Source: a virus (Duplodnaviria > Caudoviricetes). From it: a stretch of DNA of 64,000 bases. A model generated the notes under the pieces. It saw nothing but the letters and a program-made list of their open reading frames with translations, had not been told where the DNA came from and did not search any database. The stretch's first letter is position 1, and the number at the start of each line of letters is the position of its first letter. Where the stretch lies: the IMG/VR virus record IMGVR_UViG_3300008267_000012, one strand, 5' to 3'. A program made the position numbers and the translations under genes. Of this stretch, positions 26,641-36,300 are shown piece after piece.

Positions 26641-29091
26641 ATGCAAAAGGTACTATCCAAAAAACAAATAGAAAACGATATTTTAAATGAAGGTTTATGG
26701 GATTCAGCAAAATATTTAGCTGCTAAATATTTACCAAAATATAAAGTTGGTGGCAAAATTTGGGGCTTTGGTCAAAACAAAGCCATGAAAGAAATGCAAG
26801 CACAAATTCTAAAAATTATTAATAGTGAAGCTAAAGGATATATAAAGAAATTACAACAAGATATTCATGAAAAAAATCCTGAATTCCCAAATAATAAAGA
26901 TAAAAAACAATTTTTAACTACAGTTTTAGAAATATCACAAGTATATGACACAATCAAGGCTGCTTATGAAAATAAAGAAATCAATCAAACTGAAGCAGAT
27001 ACATATATTTCTAATTTAAGGGCATATGTTAAATATATTATGGACTATCAACTTCACGGAGATGTATATGGACCATTTAATGAAAATATTGAATTAGGTG
27101 AAGATAAATATTTAACAGAAGCAGATATGGTATTTGAAAAATTATTTGGTGAGGCAACTATTGCTAATCCTGATGATATTAGTAGTAAATCCGTAAAAGG
27201 TGCATTAACTAAAGATATACTTGCTAGAGGAGGTGTTAAAGGTTATAATGAATATGAAACAAGTAGAATTGCTACGCAAGAATCAAATAAATTACCATTA
27301 ACATTGGGTGCAATTGGTGCTGTTTTAAGCGCAGCAGGATGGCTTGGTCAATCTCAATGGTTCATTGATTATATTGAAGGATTAAAAGAGATGGATGTTA
27401 AATTTACTCAGGATATTATCCAAAGAAATATTAAAATTGACCCAAGAGGATTTTCTTATACACTTCAAAATAACTTACCTGCTAATCAAGCAATAAATCT
27501 TAATTTCAATCAACCTATTGAAAACCTTAGAAAAGCACTTGAATTTTATGGAAATGGTAATTTACAAAATGGTGTTAATGCGTCTTCTCTTTTTATTGAC
27601 CCTAGCCAAAGAGCAGCATCGGTAACTAATCTATTAGAACAACTTAAAGACCCATCTAATAGAACAATTGGTGATATATTTAATACAGGTGAAGGAACAT
27701 ATGGGAAAGTAGGAACTTTATTTTCACAATATGGTGGTGCTAAAGGTGTAATTGCAAAATACTTTGTAAATAGAATTAAAACAACTCTTATAAAATGGGG
27801 TACAGGTGCAGCAGTAGGTACTGCATTAATTGGTGCAGCACCAGCTTTACTAAGTCTTGGTATTGGTGCAATGGTTGCAGGTGCTTTAGTTAAACTTATG
27901 AGATTAAAAGGTTTAAAAAGTTCAAGAGTAGCAACCTTAAATTTACTTTTGCAAAGTTTAAGACCTGTTGGTAATCAAACTGAAGAAAAACCTCAAGGTG
28001 GTGAAGGGCAAGATAATGTTCAGCAAGATAGTAATAAAGAACAACCTGAAAACGATAAGGAACAAGATAGTGGTGAGCAAGAACCTGAAACAATTAAAAC
28101 TCAAGCACAATTAGGTGCAGGTGAAACACCTGAAACACAAAAACAATTAGGTGGTAAACCTAAACCAAGAGAATTGGGTGCAGGTGAAAGAAGTTTTTCT
28201 GATAGAATTGATGCTACAGATGTTGAAGCAGAACCTGTATCTGAACCTGAAAAACAGAAAGAATTACCTAGTGGACAAAGTGCTGATGTTGACACACTTA
28301 AAAATAATCTAGCTGACTTCTTTAAAAATGTATTAACAATCAAGCCAAAGAAAAGAGAAGCTATTGCAGAAGCAAGAGAATTAGATAAATTAAACATATA
28401 TAAAGAAGATAGTAAAAAACAAAAGCAAATAGAAGATTTTCAAAAGAATGGTGAACTTTTAAGTGTATTAGCAAAAAATATAAATTTAGCTTTAAGAAAT
28501 CCAAAAATTTCAACTGATAGTAAGTTAGAAAATCTTTTAAGAAAGCTTCAACAAAATGTGTATCATGGAACTATTGTTGATATTAAAACATTAATAAAAC
28601 AAAATATTAAGAATAAAGATTTAATACTTAGATTTATTACAATATATCTTACAGCTATTAAACAAACTAGATTTGGTAAAATCTTAAATTATGTACAACC
28701 TGATGAACAGAAAAAACCTGTTCAATTAAATGAAGTGGCTTTAAGAGGAGAAAAAAATATACAAAAGTTTTTAGTTAATTTTGATGTTCAATTCAGGGTT
28801 TATTTAACTGATTTGTATAAGTTACTTGTTTATTTGAATAAACCTGCTACTAAACCTACAACTAAATCTACTGCTACACCTGATTATGAATATACTGGCG
28901 CACAATTAGAGGAAGGTAAAAAGAAGAAAAAGAAGTATTCTAAAAAAGCATCTGAGTTTATTGGGAAAGAAATCTCTCATCTTAAAAAGGATAAGGGATA
29001 TCCTCAAGATAGAGCAGTTGCTGCTGCAATTAATGTAGCAAAAGAAAAGGGAATGAAAGTTGGTTCTAAAAAGAAAAGTCCTAAAGCATAA
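26641..29091 (+). CDS. Large putative virion/ejected protein with hydrophobic Gly/Ala helices and a basic C-tail
   Basis: 816 aa, CTATTTAC upstream, many L/F/I-x-E sites, two hydrophobic segments, K-rich tail. Confidence 0.6.
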   Translation: MQKVLSKKQIENDILNEGLWDSAKYLAAKYLPKYKVGGKIWGFGQNKAMKEMQAQILKIINSEAKGYIKKLQQDIHEKNPEFPNNKDKKQFLTTVLEISQVYDTIKAAYENKEINQTEADTYISNLRAYVKYIMDYQLHGDVYGPFNENIELGEDKYLTEADMVFEKLFGEATIANPDDISSKSVKGALTKDILARGGVKGYNEYETSRIATQESNKLPLTLGAIGAVLSAAGWLGQSQWFIDYIEGLKEMDVKFTQDIIQRNIKIDPRGFSYTLQNNLPANQAINLNFNQPIENLRKALEFYGNGNLQNGVNASSLFIDPSQRAASVTNLLEQLKDPSNRTIGDIFNTGEGTYGKVGTLFSQYGGAKGVIAKYFVNRIKTTLIKWGTGAAVGTALIGAAPALLSLGIGAMVAGALVKLMRLKGLKSSRVATLNLLLQSLRPVGNQTEEKPQGGEGQDNVQQDSNKEQPENDKEQDSGEQEPETIKTQAQLGAGETPETQKQLGGKPKPRELGAGERSFSDRIDATDVEAEPVSEPEKQKELPSGQSADVDTLKNNLADFFKNVLTIKPKKREAIAEARELDKLNIYKEDSKKQKQIEDFQKNGELLSVLAKNINLALRNPKISTDSKLENLLRKLQQNVYHGTIVDIKTLIKQNIKNKDLILRFITIYLTAIKQTRFGKILNYVQPDEQKKPVQLNEVALRGEKNIQKFLVNFDVQFRVYLTDLYKLLVYLNKPATKPTTKSTATPDYEYTGAQLEEGKKKKKKYSKKASEFIGKEISHLKKDKGYPQDRAVAAAINVAKEKGMKVGSKKKSPKA

Positions 29092-29097
29092 CCAATA

Positions 29098-29133
29098 AAA
29101 AAAGAAACCCCGATTACAAGTCGGGGTTTTTTA
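29098..29133. terminator. Bidirectional intrinsic terminator
   Basis: aaaccccga/tcggggttt stem with A and T runs, between convergent genes. Confidence 0.85.
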
Positions 29134-29134
29134 T

Positions 29135-29422
29135 TTAAAGACCGTTTGATTTAAAGTAGTCAATAATCTCTTTATTAAGATTATTATACTCTTTGATGTA
29201 ATCTTTTAGTTCACCATCAAAATCAGAAAGTTGGTCTTTATTGATTTTTTCCAATGCTCTTTCTAGAGGCATTCCATAACCTAAGTTTTCTTGTTTGGTT
29301 GCCATTTCTCCTGTTGTTGGTGAATTGCGACCAAACCCTTCACGTTTTTCATAATCAACTTCTTTATAGAGGTTGTAATGTGAACTTTCTTGTTCAATAA
29401 GATAATTTTTATACTTAATCAT
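29135..29422 (-). CDS. Hypothetical protein
   Basis: 95 aa ORF. Confidence 0.7.
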   Translation of the reverse strand: MIKYKNYLIEQESSHYNLYKEVDYEKREGFGRNSPTTGEMATKQENLGYGMPLERALEKINKDQLSDFDGELKDYIKEYNNLNKEIIDYFKSNGL

Positions 29423-29901
29423 ATGACATTTATTTTAATCTTTATATCATGTGGTGCTACACTTGTACCACCAAAATAAGGTTTTAATATTGTTTTAATT
29501 GGAAATAATTTTTCACCTCTTCTTGGAAGAATTATACTAGCATCTTTAAAAAGAAGATAAAAGTTATTTGTAGAAACGATTATTCTTGCACCATAATAAG
29601 TATTATAGTCTAAAGTCATTTCTTTACTGATATTTTTAATCCCATTATCATATGTGTATAGACATATTTGAAATTGCTCTTCATTAAGTCTTCTCCAACA
29701 TAGTCTTGCTGATGATTGATGTGGATGCCAAGAATTTGATAAACCAAATAATTTATTCCAATCATAATCATCTTCTGTATTAAATGTATAATGAGCAGAT
29801 GAATCAATCATAAATTGAAACTTAATGCTTCTTCCAAATTTGAAGAATGGAAAGTTAACCCAATTTGAATAATGCTTTCCTTTTTTGATTATATATTCCA
29901 T
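29419..29901 (-). CDS. Hypothetical beta-rich protein
   Basis: IKKGKHYS...DWNKLFGLS...SARLCWR...PYFGG. Confidence 0.7.
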   Translation of the reverse strand: MEYIIKKGKHYSNWVNFPFFKFGRSIKFQFMIDSSAHYTFNTEDDYDWNKLFGLSNSWHPHQSSARLCWRRLNEEQFQICLYTYDNGIKNISKEMTLDYNTYYGARIIVSTNNFYLLFKDASIILPRRGEKLFPIKTILKPYFGGTSVAPHDIKIKINVI

Positions 29902-29902
29902 A

Positions 29903-30910
29903 TTATATTTGATGTGGATTTCCTGAATAAATAATATTTATAAACTGCGGTATTTCACTCATCAAAGTATCATTGATGAAAAATTTCATTTCAATAAAGT
30001 TTTTAAATATTTTAATTTCTTTTTTATAAATCAATTTAAAAATATTTAATTCTTCAACTACATCAACTTTATTAAAAATAATATCAGTTATTCCATTCAT
30101 TTTAATTGCAGGAATTAATGTATCAAGATTTAAATAATTGCATTGTCTTAATCTTCCTGTGGTTGCACCAATTTCTTGACCTACTTGTTGAAATCTTGGC
30201 AATTCAGTATTCTCCAAAGGTTGGAATTGTTTATTCCCAACATATGTCTCATATATCTTGGCAATACCAAATACATTTCCAATCATGTGATGATTAATAC
30301 CTGATGAAATAACACCTGCTATACCGCAATGTGATGATGTAACATATGGGTAATCTCCAAAGTCAATATCTAAACCCCATCCTTGCGCTCCTTCAAAAAG
30401 GAAGTTATTTTTTTGTTCATGAAATAATTCATAGGTATCAACACATAAAAATCCATAAATAGATTTTTCATATCTAATTCCCTTTCTTAAATACTTATCA
30501 CCATAAGCATATGCAATACCTGATTTTGTTGAACCGATAGTAGAACCATCTGAATCTAATTCAATATGTTTCTTTGTTATTATATGCGCTCTTTTATCAA
30601 TTAAAATAAAATTACTAATATCCTTACCTAAGAATGCTGAAAGTTCATCAGTTTCTTTTTGGAGTTTTTCAATATCAACAACTGAGCAAGGACCAATGAT
30701 AGAATATATATCAAAGAATACTCCAACAGGAATCTGATGAGTGACAAATTTACGACCTTTGTGATAAATGGTATGACCTGCATTTGGACCACCGTTATAT
30801 CTTACAACAAAATTATAATAGTTTTTGTTTTCTTGACAAATTGAATAAGCACATTTGGCTTTCGCTTCATCCCCATGTTGGAGACCAATGATAACATCTA
30901 CTTTGTTCAT
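29903..30910 (-). CDS. purA: Adenylosuccinate synthetase, short form with atypical P-loop
   Basis: GLQHGDEAKAK, GGPNAGHT, FEGAQG..LDIDFGDYPYVTSS, GATTGRLR, NKVD. Confidence 0.9.
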   Translation of the reverse strand: MNKVDVIIGLQHGDEAKAKCAYSICQENKNYYNFVVRYNGGPNAGHTIYHKGRKFVTHQIPVGVFFDIYSIIGPCSVVDIEKLQKETDELSAFLGKDISNFILIDKRAHIITKKHIELDSDGSTIGSTKSGIAYAYGDKYLRKGIRYEKSIYGFLCVDTYELFHEQKNNFLFEGAQGWGLDIDFGDYPYVTSSHCGIAGVISSGINHHMIGNVFGIAKIYETYVGNKQFQPLENTELPRFQQVGQEIGATTGRLRQCNYLNLDTLIPAIKMNGITDIIFNKVDVVEELNIFKLIYKKEIKIFKNFIEMKFFINDTLMSEIPQFINIIYSGNPHQI

Positions 30911-30932
30911 GCTTCAAATATACAATTTTTTT

Positions 30933-30956
30933 AAAAAAAAGGGAGGTTTCCCTCCC
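30933..30956 (-). terminator. Intrinsic terminator
   Basis: gggagg-tttc-cctccc followed by T8 on minus. Confidence 0.75.
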
Positions 30957-30962
30957 CATTTA

Positions 30963-31994
30963 TTACTCTTCATCAATAAAATAATCGCAAAGAGTATCTT
31001 TATCCATCAACCCATCTTGATAATCCATAATCGCTTTAAGGATTTCAATTTTGGAATGATTTACTTTTAAAACCTGTTGAACATTTTCATCCATAAGATA
31101 ATCATAGATTTTCATTAGTGATGAAGATTTTGCTTTTGGTTCTGTTGTTTTTTCAGGTTTGAAACCCATCATTTTCTTAACCTCATCATCAGAAAGAATT
31201 ACATCTTCAATAGGTTTTTCAACAACAGGTTGTGAAGACTTTACTTCAACTTCATCATCTATATCAAATGTGGGGAAGTTATCATAATCATCAACAATAT
31301 TTTTTGCTTTGATATCTTTAGTGATATTCTTTTTAACACTTTTGATTTCTTCGTCATCACTTGTTGTGACTAATTCAACTATATCTCTTGAATACACTCT
31401 ACCACCTTTATTTTCAATTGCTTGATTGATGATTTTCTCAAGAGTTTTTGCGCTTGATACTTGTTCCATCAGTTTAATTGTTTCACTAAAGGAAATAAGT
31501 TCATCATCAATCTTAACTTGAAGTGATACAGGAATCTTTTCAAACTTCTTTAAGGTTGAGATATTTGCTTGAGTGATTTGCATCATATCAGCAATTTTCT
31601 TGTTATCATAACCAAAACTTTGAAGTCTTGTGATTGCCTTTGCTTTTTCAGAGGTTGTAAGTTGTTTACCTGTTATACCAAGCATTAAGGCTTTCATTAG
31701 AAGTTCATCTTCACTCATCAGTTCAAAAACACGAACAGGAATTTGCCTTTTTGTGTTTTCTTCATTCTCAATGAGAGAAAGAGTTTTAAGTCTTCTATGT
31801 CCTTCAAAGAGTTTATAAATGGGTCTACCATCTTCTAAACTTTTGTTGGTTTCCATTACAAGAAGAGGTGTAAGGATATTTTGTTCTTTGATACTATGAT
31901 AGAGATTTTCTACATCATAGTTCTCTTCTTTACGAGGATTGAATTTTTCAATCACTTCAATTTGGTCCGAAAGGACATAGCTAAACTGTTCCAT
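30963..31994 (-). CDS. ParB/Srx-like nuclease domain plus HTH protein
   Basis: FNPRKE...LYHSIKEQNILTPLLV...LFEGHRRL...LTTSEKAKAI. Confidence 0.8.
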   Translation of the reverse strand: MEQFSYVLSDQIEVIEKFNPRKEENYDVENLYHSIKEQNILTPLLVMETNKSLEDGRPIYKLFEGHRRLKTLSLIENEENTKRQIPVRVFELMSEDELLMKALMLGITGKQLTTSEKAKAITRLQSFGYDNKKIADMMQITQANISTLKKFEKIPVSLQVKIDDELISFSETIKLMEQVSSAKTLEKIINQAIENKGGRVYSRDIVELVTTSDDEEIKSVKKNITKDIKAKNIVDDYDNFPTFDIDDEVEVKSSQPVVEKPIEDVILSDDEVKKMMGFKPEKTTEPKAKSSSLMKIYDYLMDENVQQVLKVNHSKIEILKAIMDYQDGLMDKDTLCDYFIDEE

Positions 31995-32055
31995 ATGATT
32001 ATTGTTAAAATTTTTACAAAGATATAAGATTGGAAATTCCTGTGCAATTTTTTTT

Positions 32056-32745
32056 TTAGATTCTGTCCAAAAAATATTTGTTCTCAGGTTTCCAAATTTT
32101 GGGAAGGAATTTTAAATCCATTGATTCATAGAAATGATACCGCCAAATTAAAACAAAAACTTTGACTGATAAAGTATCTATAAGATAACGATTGATATCA
32201 AAGTCAAAATTTTCATTTATCAACCCATCATACTTATCAAGTATTTTATTTATTTTATTTCCAATTTTTATGGGGTCATTTTTTTTATAATCTCTTTTAT
32301 ATTTGAGATTTCTTATTAAATGTATATCTCTAACCAATCTTCTATAATAGAGTGGTACAAAATCACTATAAATTTTATCTCTCAGTTCTGTTGCTTTGTC
32401 TTCATATTCATTATGACAAGTTCTACACATAGTCAATAAGTCATGATGATTAAATTCTTTAAATTCAACAGGAAGATAAGGAAAGTATTGTTGAGGAACA
32501 ACATGATGTTTAGTTAGATTATCCTTTGTACCACAACATACGCAATAATCTTGATATGATTCTTTAAAGTTATTGTAATCAAGTATAAATTCCTTTTCTA
32601 CAAAACATAATCTAATATTATCACTACCATCAATTATTTCAGCTAGATTTCTTTTTAAATACCAATTTGCTCTTTTCTTACTTGTGTGTGATAAGAACCG
32701 ACCATCTTTGCTATGTACTTCTATTCTTTCCCGACTACCTGACAT
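32056..32745 (-). CDS. HNH-type nuclease resembling the EXD2 C-terminal domain
   Basis: KKRANWYL, CVCCGTKDNLTKHHVVP, HHDLLTMCRTCH. Confidence 0.8.
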   Translation of the reverse strand: MSGSRERIEVHSKDGRFLSHTSKKRANWYLKRNLAEIIDGSDNIRLCFVEKEFILDYNNFKESYQDYCVCCGTKDNLTKHHVVPQQYFPYLPVEFKEFNHHDLLTMCRTCHNEYEDKATELRDKIYSDFVPLYYRRLVRDIHLIRNLKYKRDYKKNDPIKIGNKINKILDKYDGLINENFDFDINRYLIDTLSVKVFVLIWRYHFYESMDLKFLPKIWKPENKYFLDRI

Positions 32746-32746
32746 A

Positions 32747-33277
32747 TTAAATATTGTTTATTAATGCTAATTCAAATTGTCTTGCATCAATTAGACTTTT
32801 TGCTTTAATATAACGGTTATTCTTCCTATAATAAACATGTTTGTGTAAATCTTTATTTTTAACGGCTTTAACAACTTTGTTAAACCCTAAACAAAAACTT
32901 GCATGTGCATGAGCAAGTTTCCAATTGTATGAGCTATCTTTGAATTTATTATTTATTTCTGTTAACGCTTTATTGAAATCTTCTTTTAAAATTTCCATTG
33001 CTTTTGTTGTATCAACAGATTTAAATCTTTCTCCTTTCAATAATCTATGCCCATACCCAATAGTTTTAAAACCTGCTGGGCATCTATAAACTTTTGGCAT
33101 AAACTTTTCTCTTTCTTTTAATTCATTTATACATTCATTATAAACATTCAAACTATCGTTTTCTTCAAATGTATGAGAAATGTTTTGTTTGTTTCTTTTG
33201 TGAAATTTATTGTTTTCAAATTTAAAGAACAATAAAACCATTAGTATGGTACATACTTTATTAAATGTTGTTTTCAT
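32747..33277 (-). CDS. GH24 lysozyme (endolysin) with N-terminal hydrophobic segment
   Basis: E57-x8-C66-x5-T72 triad (EKFMPKVYRCPAGFKTIGYG). Confidence 0.85.
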   Translation of the reverse strand: MKTTFNKVCTILMVLLFFKFENNKFHKRNKQNISHTFEENDSLNVYNECINELKEREKFMPKVYRCPAGFKTIGYGHRLLKGERFKSVDTTKAMEILKEDFNKALTEINNKFKDSSYNWKLAHAHASFCLGFNKVVKAVKNKDLHKHVYYRKNNRYIKAKSLIDARQFELALINNI

Positions 33278-33369
33278 ACGATTTTTTGTTTTTGCAAATA
33301 TAAAAATAAAAATTTGTCTTTTCCAAAAAATGGAGAAGAAAATTTTAAAAAACTTAATTTTACTTTGTG

Positions 33370-36300
33370 TTATTTAACAAAAAAGTAAGCAGTTTTTGTT
33401 TTAACTGTCTGAGTACAACTTGTACATACTACATCTACTCTATACCATCTGTTTGAATAGGAAGGTAATGGACTTGCAACTCTCAAAAATGTGCTTGAGT
33501 TAAGTTCAGATGTAGTAAAAGTGATATTACCATTACTTTGACCTGCGTTTCTAACAGAACCCCCTGTTGGTTGCCAAATAAGTTTTGAAGCCTGTGTTTG
33601 CGATAATGTACTATCACTTGCTAAAAATCCATTAGCTGAATTTCCATTATAGAATAAAACTTTATAACCTGTACTTGAACAACTATTACTTAAATTAAAA
33701 GAGTAAGTAAAATTTGTTCTTCTTCTATCAATTGCTGTAATTGATGTTGTAGTACAAGCTGATGTTGGTACTGATGGGTTATAATTTACAATAACATTAA
33801 TAGGTAATGAGATTGAATTATATATTCCATTCTTTAATACTCCTGTATAACTATATGTGCCATTTGCTTTGTTTGTGACTGATAGTGTTGTTGTAAATGA
33901 ATTATTATTTGTTAATGGTGAAGATTTAACAATTGTACTTCCTTCTTTAATTTCATAAGATGTTGCATTATGATTTGAAGGTGTATTAAATGTAATTATA
34001 TAATTTTTATCTAAATTAACTAAAGTATCAGCAGTAACAGTTGGTACTGCTAAACTGATTACAGGATTATAATTTACAGCTACAGCTACAGAATTTGATG
34101 TAGTATTGTTTGGTGTCTTAGACGAATTTAAAAGTTTAGCAGTATGTGTATATGTTCCGTTTGAAATACCCAATCTGCTAAGAGTTATTGTTATTGAATT
34201 ATTATTAGCTAAATTACCTGAACCAATAACAGTAGTTCCTTGTAATATCTGATACGATGTTGCATTATGGTTCTGTGGGATTGCAAAGGATAATACATAA
34301 TTTGGGTCTTTATTTGATGTACTATCAACAGATAATGTTCCTGTTAAAATTGGGGTTACATTAAAAGACACATTTACTGTAACAGGACTTGAGGTTTTAG
34401 TTTGACTTCCATTACTTAAATTAGCTGTGTGAGTATATGTTCCATTAGTTACATTTGTTCTAGCTGTTGTAATAGTTGTGGCATTGTTATTTGCTAAATT
34501 ACCTGAAGCGATTACAGTTGTTCCTTGCAAAACTTGATATGATGTAGCGTTATGTGTTGATGGTATTGTTGTAGTTAGTGTATAGTTCTTATCTAAGTTA
34601 TTTGCACTATCTACACTAATTGTTGGGGTTTTTAATGCTGTTGGTGAGTCTGTACCATCAACAGTAATTGTATTAATAAAAAGATTATTGGATGGTATTG
34701 TTGTTAATTGTGTTGGTTTAAATACAAAAGCAAATTGAACATTTTTACATGTATCATAAGAAGATAAATCAACTGTTTCAGTTCTCCAATCTGAAGATGT
34801 AATAGAAGCAGGTTTATATGGTGATGTTGATGTGTAAAGATTAGTAACAGTTCTTAAAGTAGTACCACCCTTTTTATAGATTCTAACAGGTATTGTTTTA
34901 CCACTAAAATATGCTAATATCTCTAAACTATCGTATCTTGGTGATGAACTAAGACCTAAAGCATGAGCAACTTTAAAATTAAGATTCAAGCTACTTAAAT
35001 TATTATTTGTATAAACAGGAGAAAATGCTGTGTCTTGTAAAAATGCTGGGCTAGGATTATTAGTGCTTGTTATTGCAAATGTATGATAAAGCGCATTATA
35101 TGTTGTTAATAAAAAAGACTTACTATTTTGCCAAAAACTTTGAACTAATGCACCATTATAGTTTGTGTTTAAATCTGATAATGATTGTGGACCTTTAAAT
35201 TCCCAATTGGGATAATTTGCTGCTGTCCAAGTTGAAAATGTTTCTGTTTGTGGAATATTAAGTAATGGATTTACTCTTATTCTAATTTTAGCGGCATTTG
35301 ATAAGCAACCAGTTTGTGTTGCTGTTACTGAATATAAACCTGAATTAGAACTTGTAAGAGAATTTATATTTGGACTTTGAGAACTTGATGTAAAACTATT
35401 TGGTCCTGTCCAACTATATGTTGCACCACCTACTGTTGTTGTTCTTAATGGTAATATTTCACCTGCTGAATAAAATCTTCTTGGTGTTGTTACTTTAATA
35501 TATGGTATAGCGTTTCCAGGTAAACAAGATGAACCTGTTCTTATTTTGTCACCAGGTAATGGACCGAATCCTTTCATTAAATCAACACCAGTAGATGCTG
35601 TATGACAATAACTCATTATTGTACCTTTTATAGGTTTTACTAATGTACCACAACCACCTTCTCCTGCATAACAAGAGTCAATTCTACCTGTTCCACCACC
35701 TGCTTTAGGCCAACCGCACCAATGTGTATGTTTTGAACCAAAATTATGACCCATTTCGTGTGCTACAACGTATACAGACCATGAATATGTATTTATATTA
35801 TTATTAAAAGTATTATAAATATTGGAATAACCAAAACGGTTATTATAATATAAAGGATTACAAACAACATCAATCCAAGCTATTCCACCTAAAAACCCAA
35901 AATTTGTTCCTAACAAATGTCCAAGTTTTTGTGTTATATTCTGTCTTCTTGTTGTAAAATTATTTAAAATTGCTAATGATGATATTGGACTTATTGATGC
36001 ATATGGGTCAGGAGTTGTCCAAATATAAACTTGGTCAACATAAATTGATATACCTTCATTTTCATAAATTTGTTTTACTAGATTAAATAATGATGTGACT
36101 TTTGCGGTTGTATTTGCAACAGATAACCCATTCTCTTGGTACATTCTATAATCACACTCAACATATATACCTATTGTTTTACATCCTGAACCACCAACGG
36201 CCTCTCCTACTTCAGGTGTAGGTGTGTTACCAATTTGTGGTTGTACTTCTCTTAACCATTGATTCTCATCCACATTTAAAGGTGGGTCAGGTGTAGTACA

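Noticed and set aside
10481-30910. 2-aminoadenine (Z-genome) pathway from purA-like + purB + PF18909
   Set aside because: The synthetase keeps the catalytic Asp (GDE) and the GTP-type NKVD, the PF18909 gene is frameshifted, no DatZ-like HD gene is seen, and the genes are not clustered. Kept only as a testable minor possibility.
33370-33756. Canonical T9SS C-terminal domain on the secreted proteins
   Set aside because: No YPNP, GxY or terminal KxxK pattern; the domain is longer and Cys-containing. Distant structural homology is not excluded.
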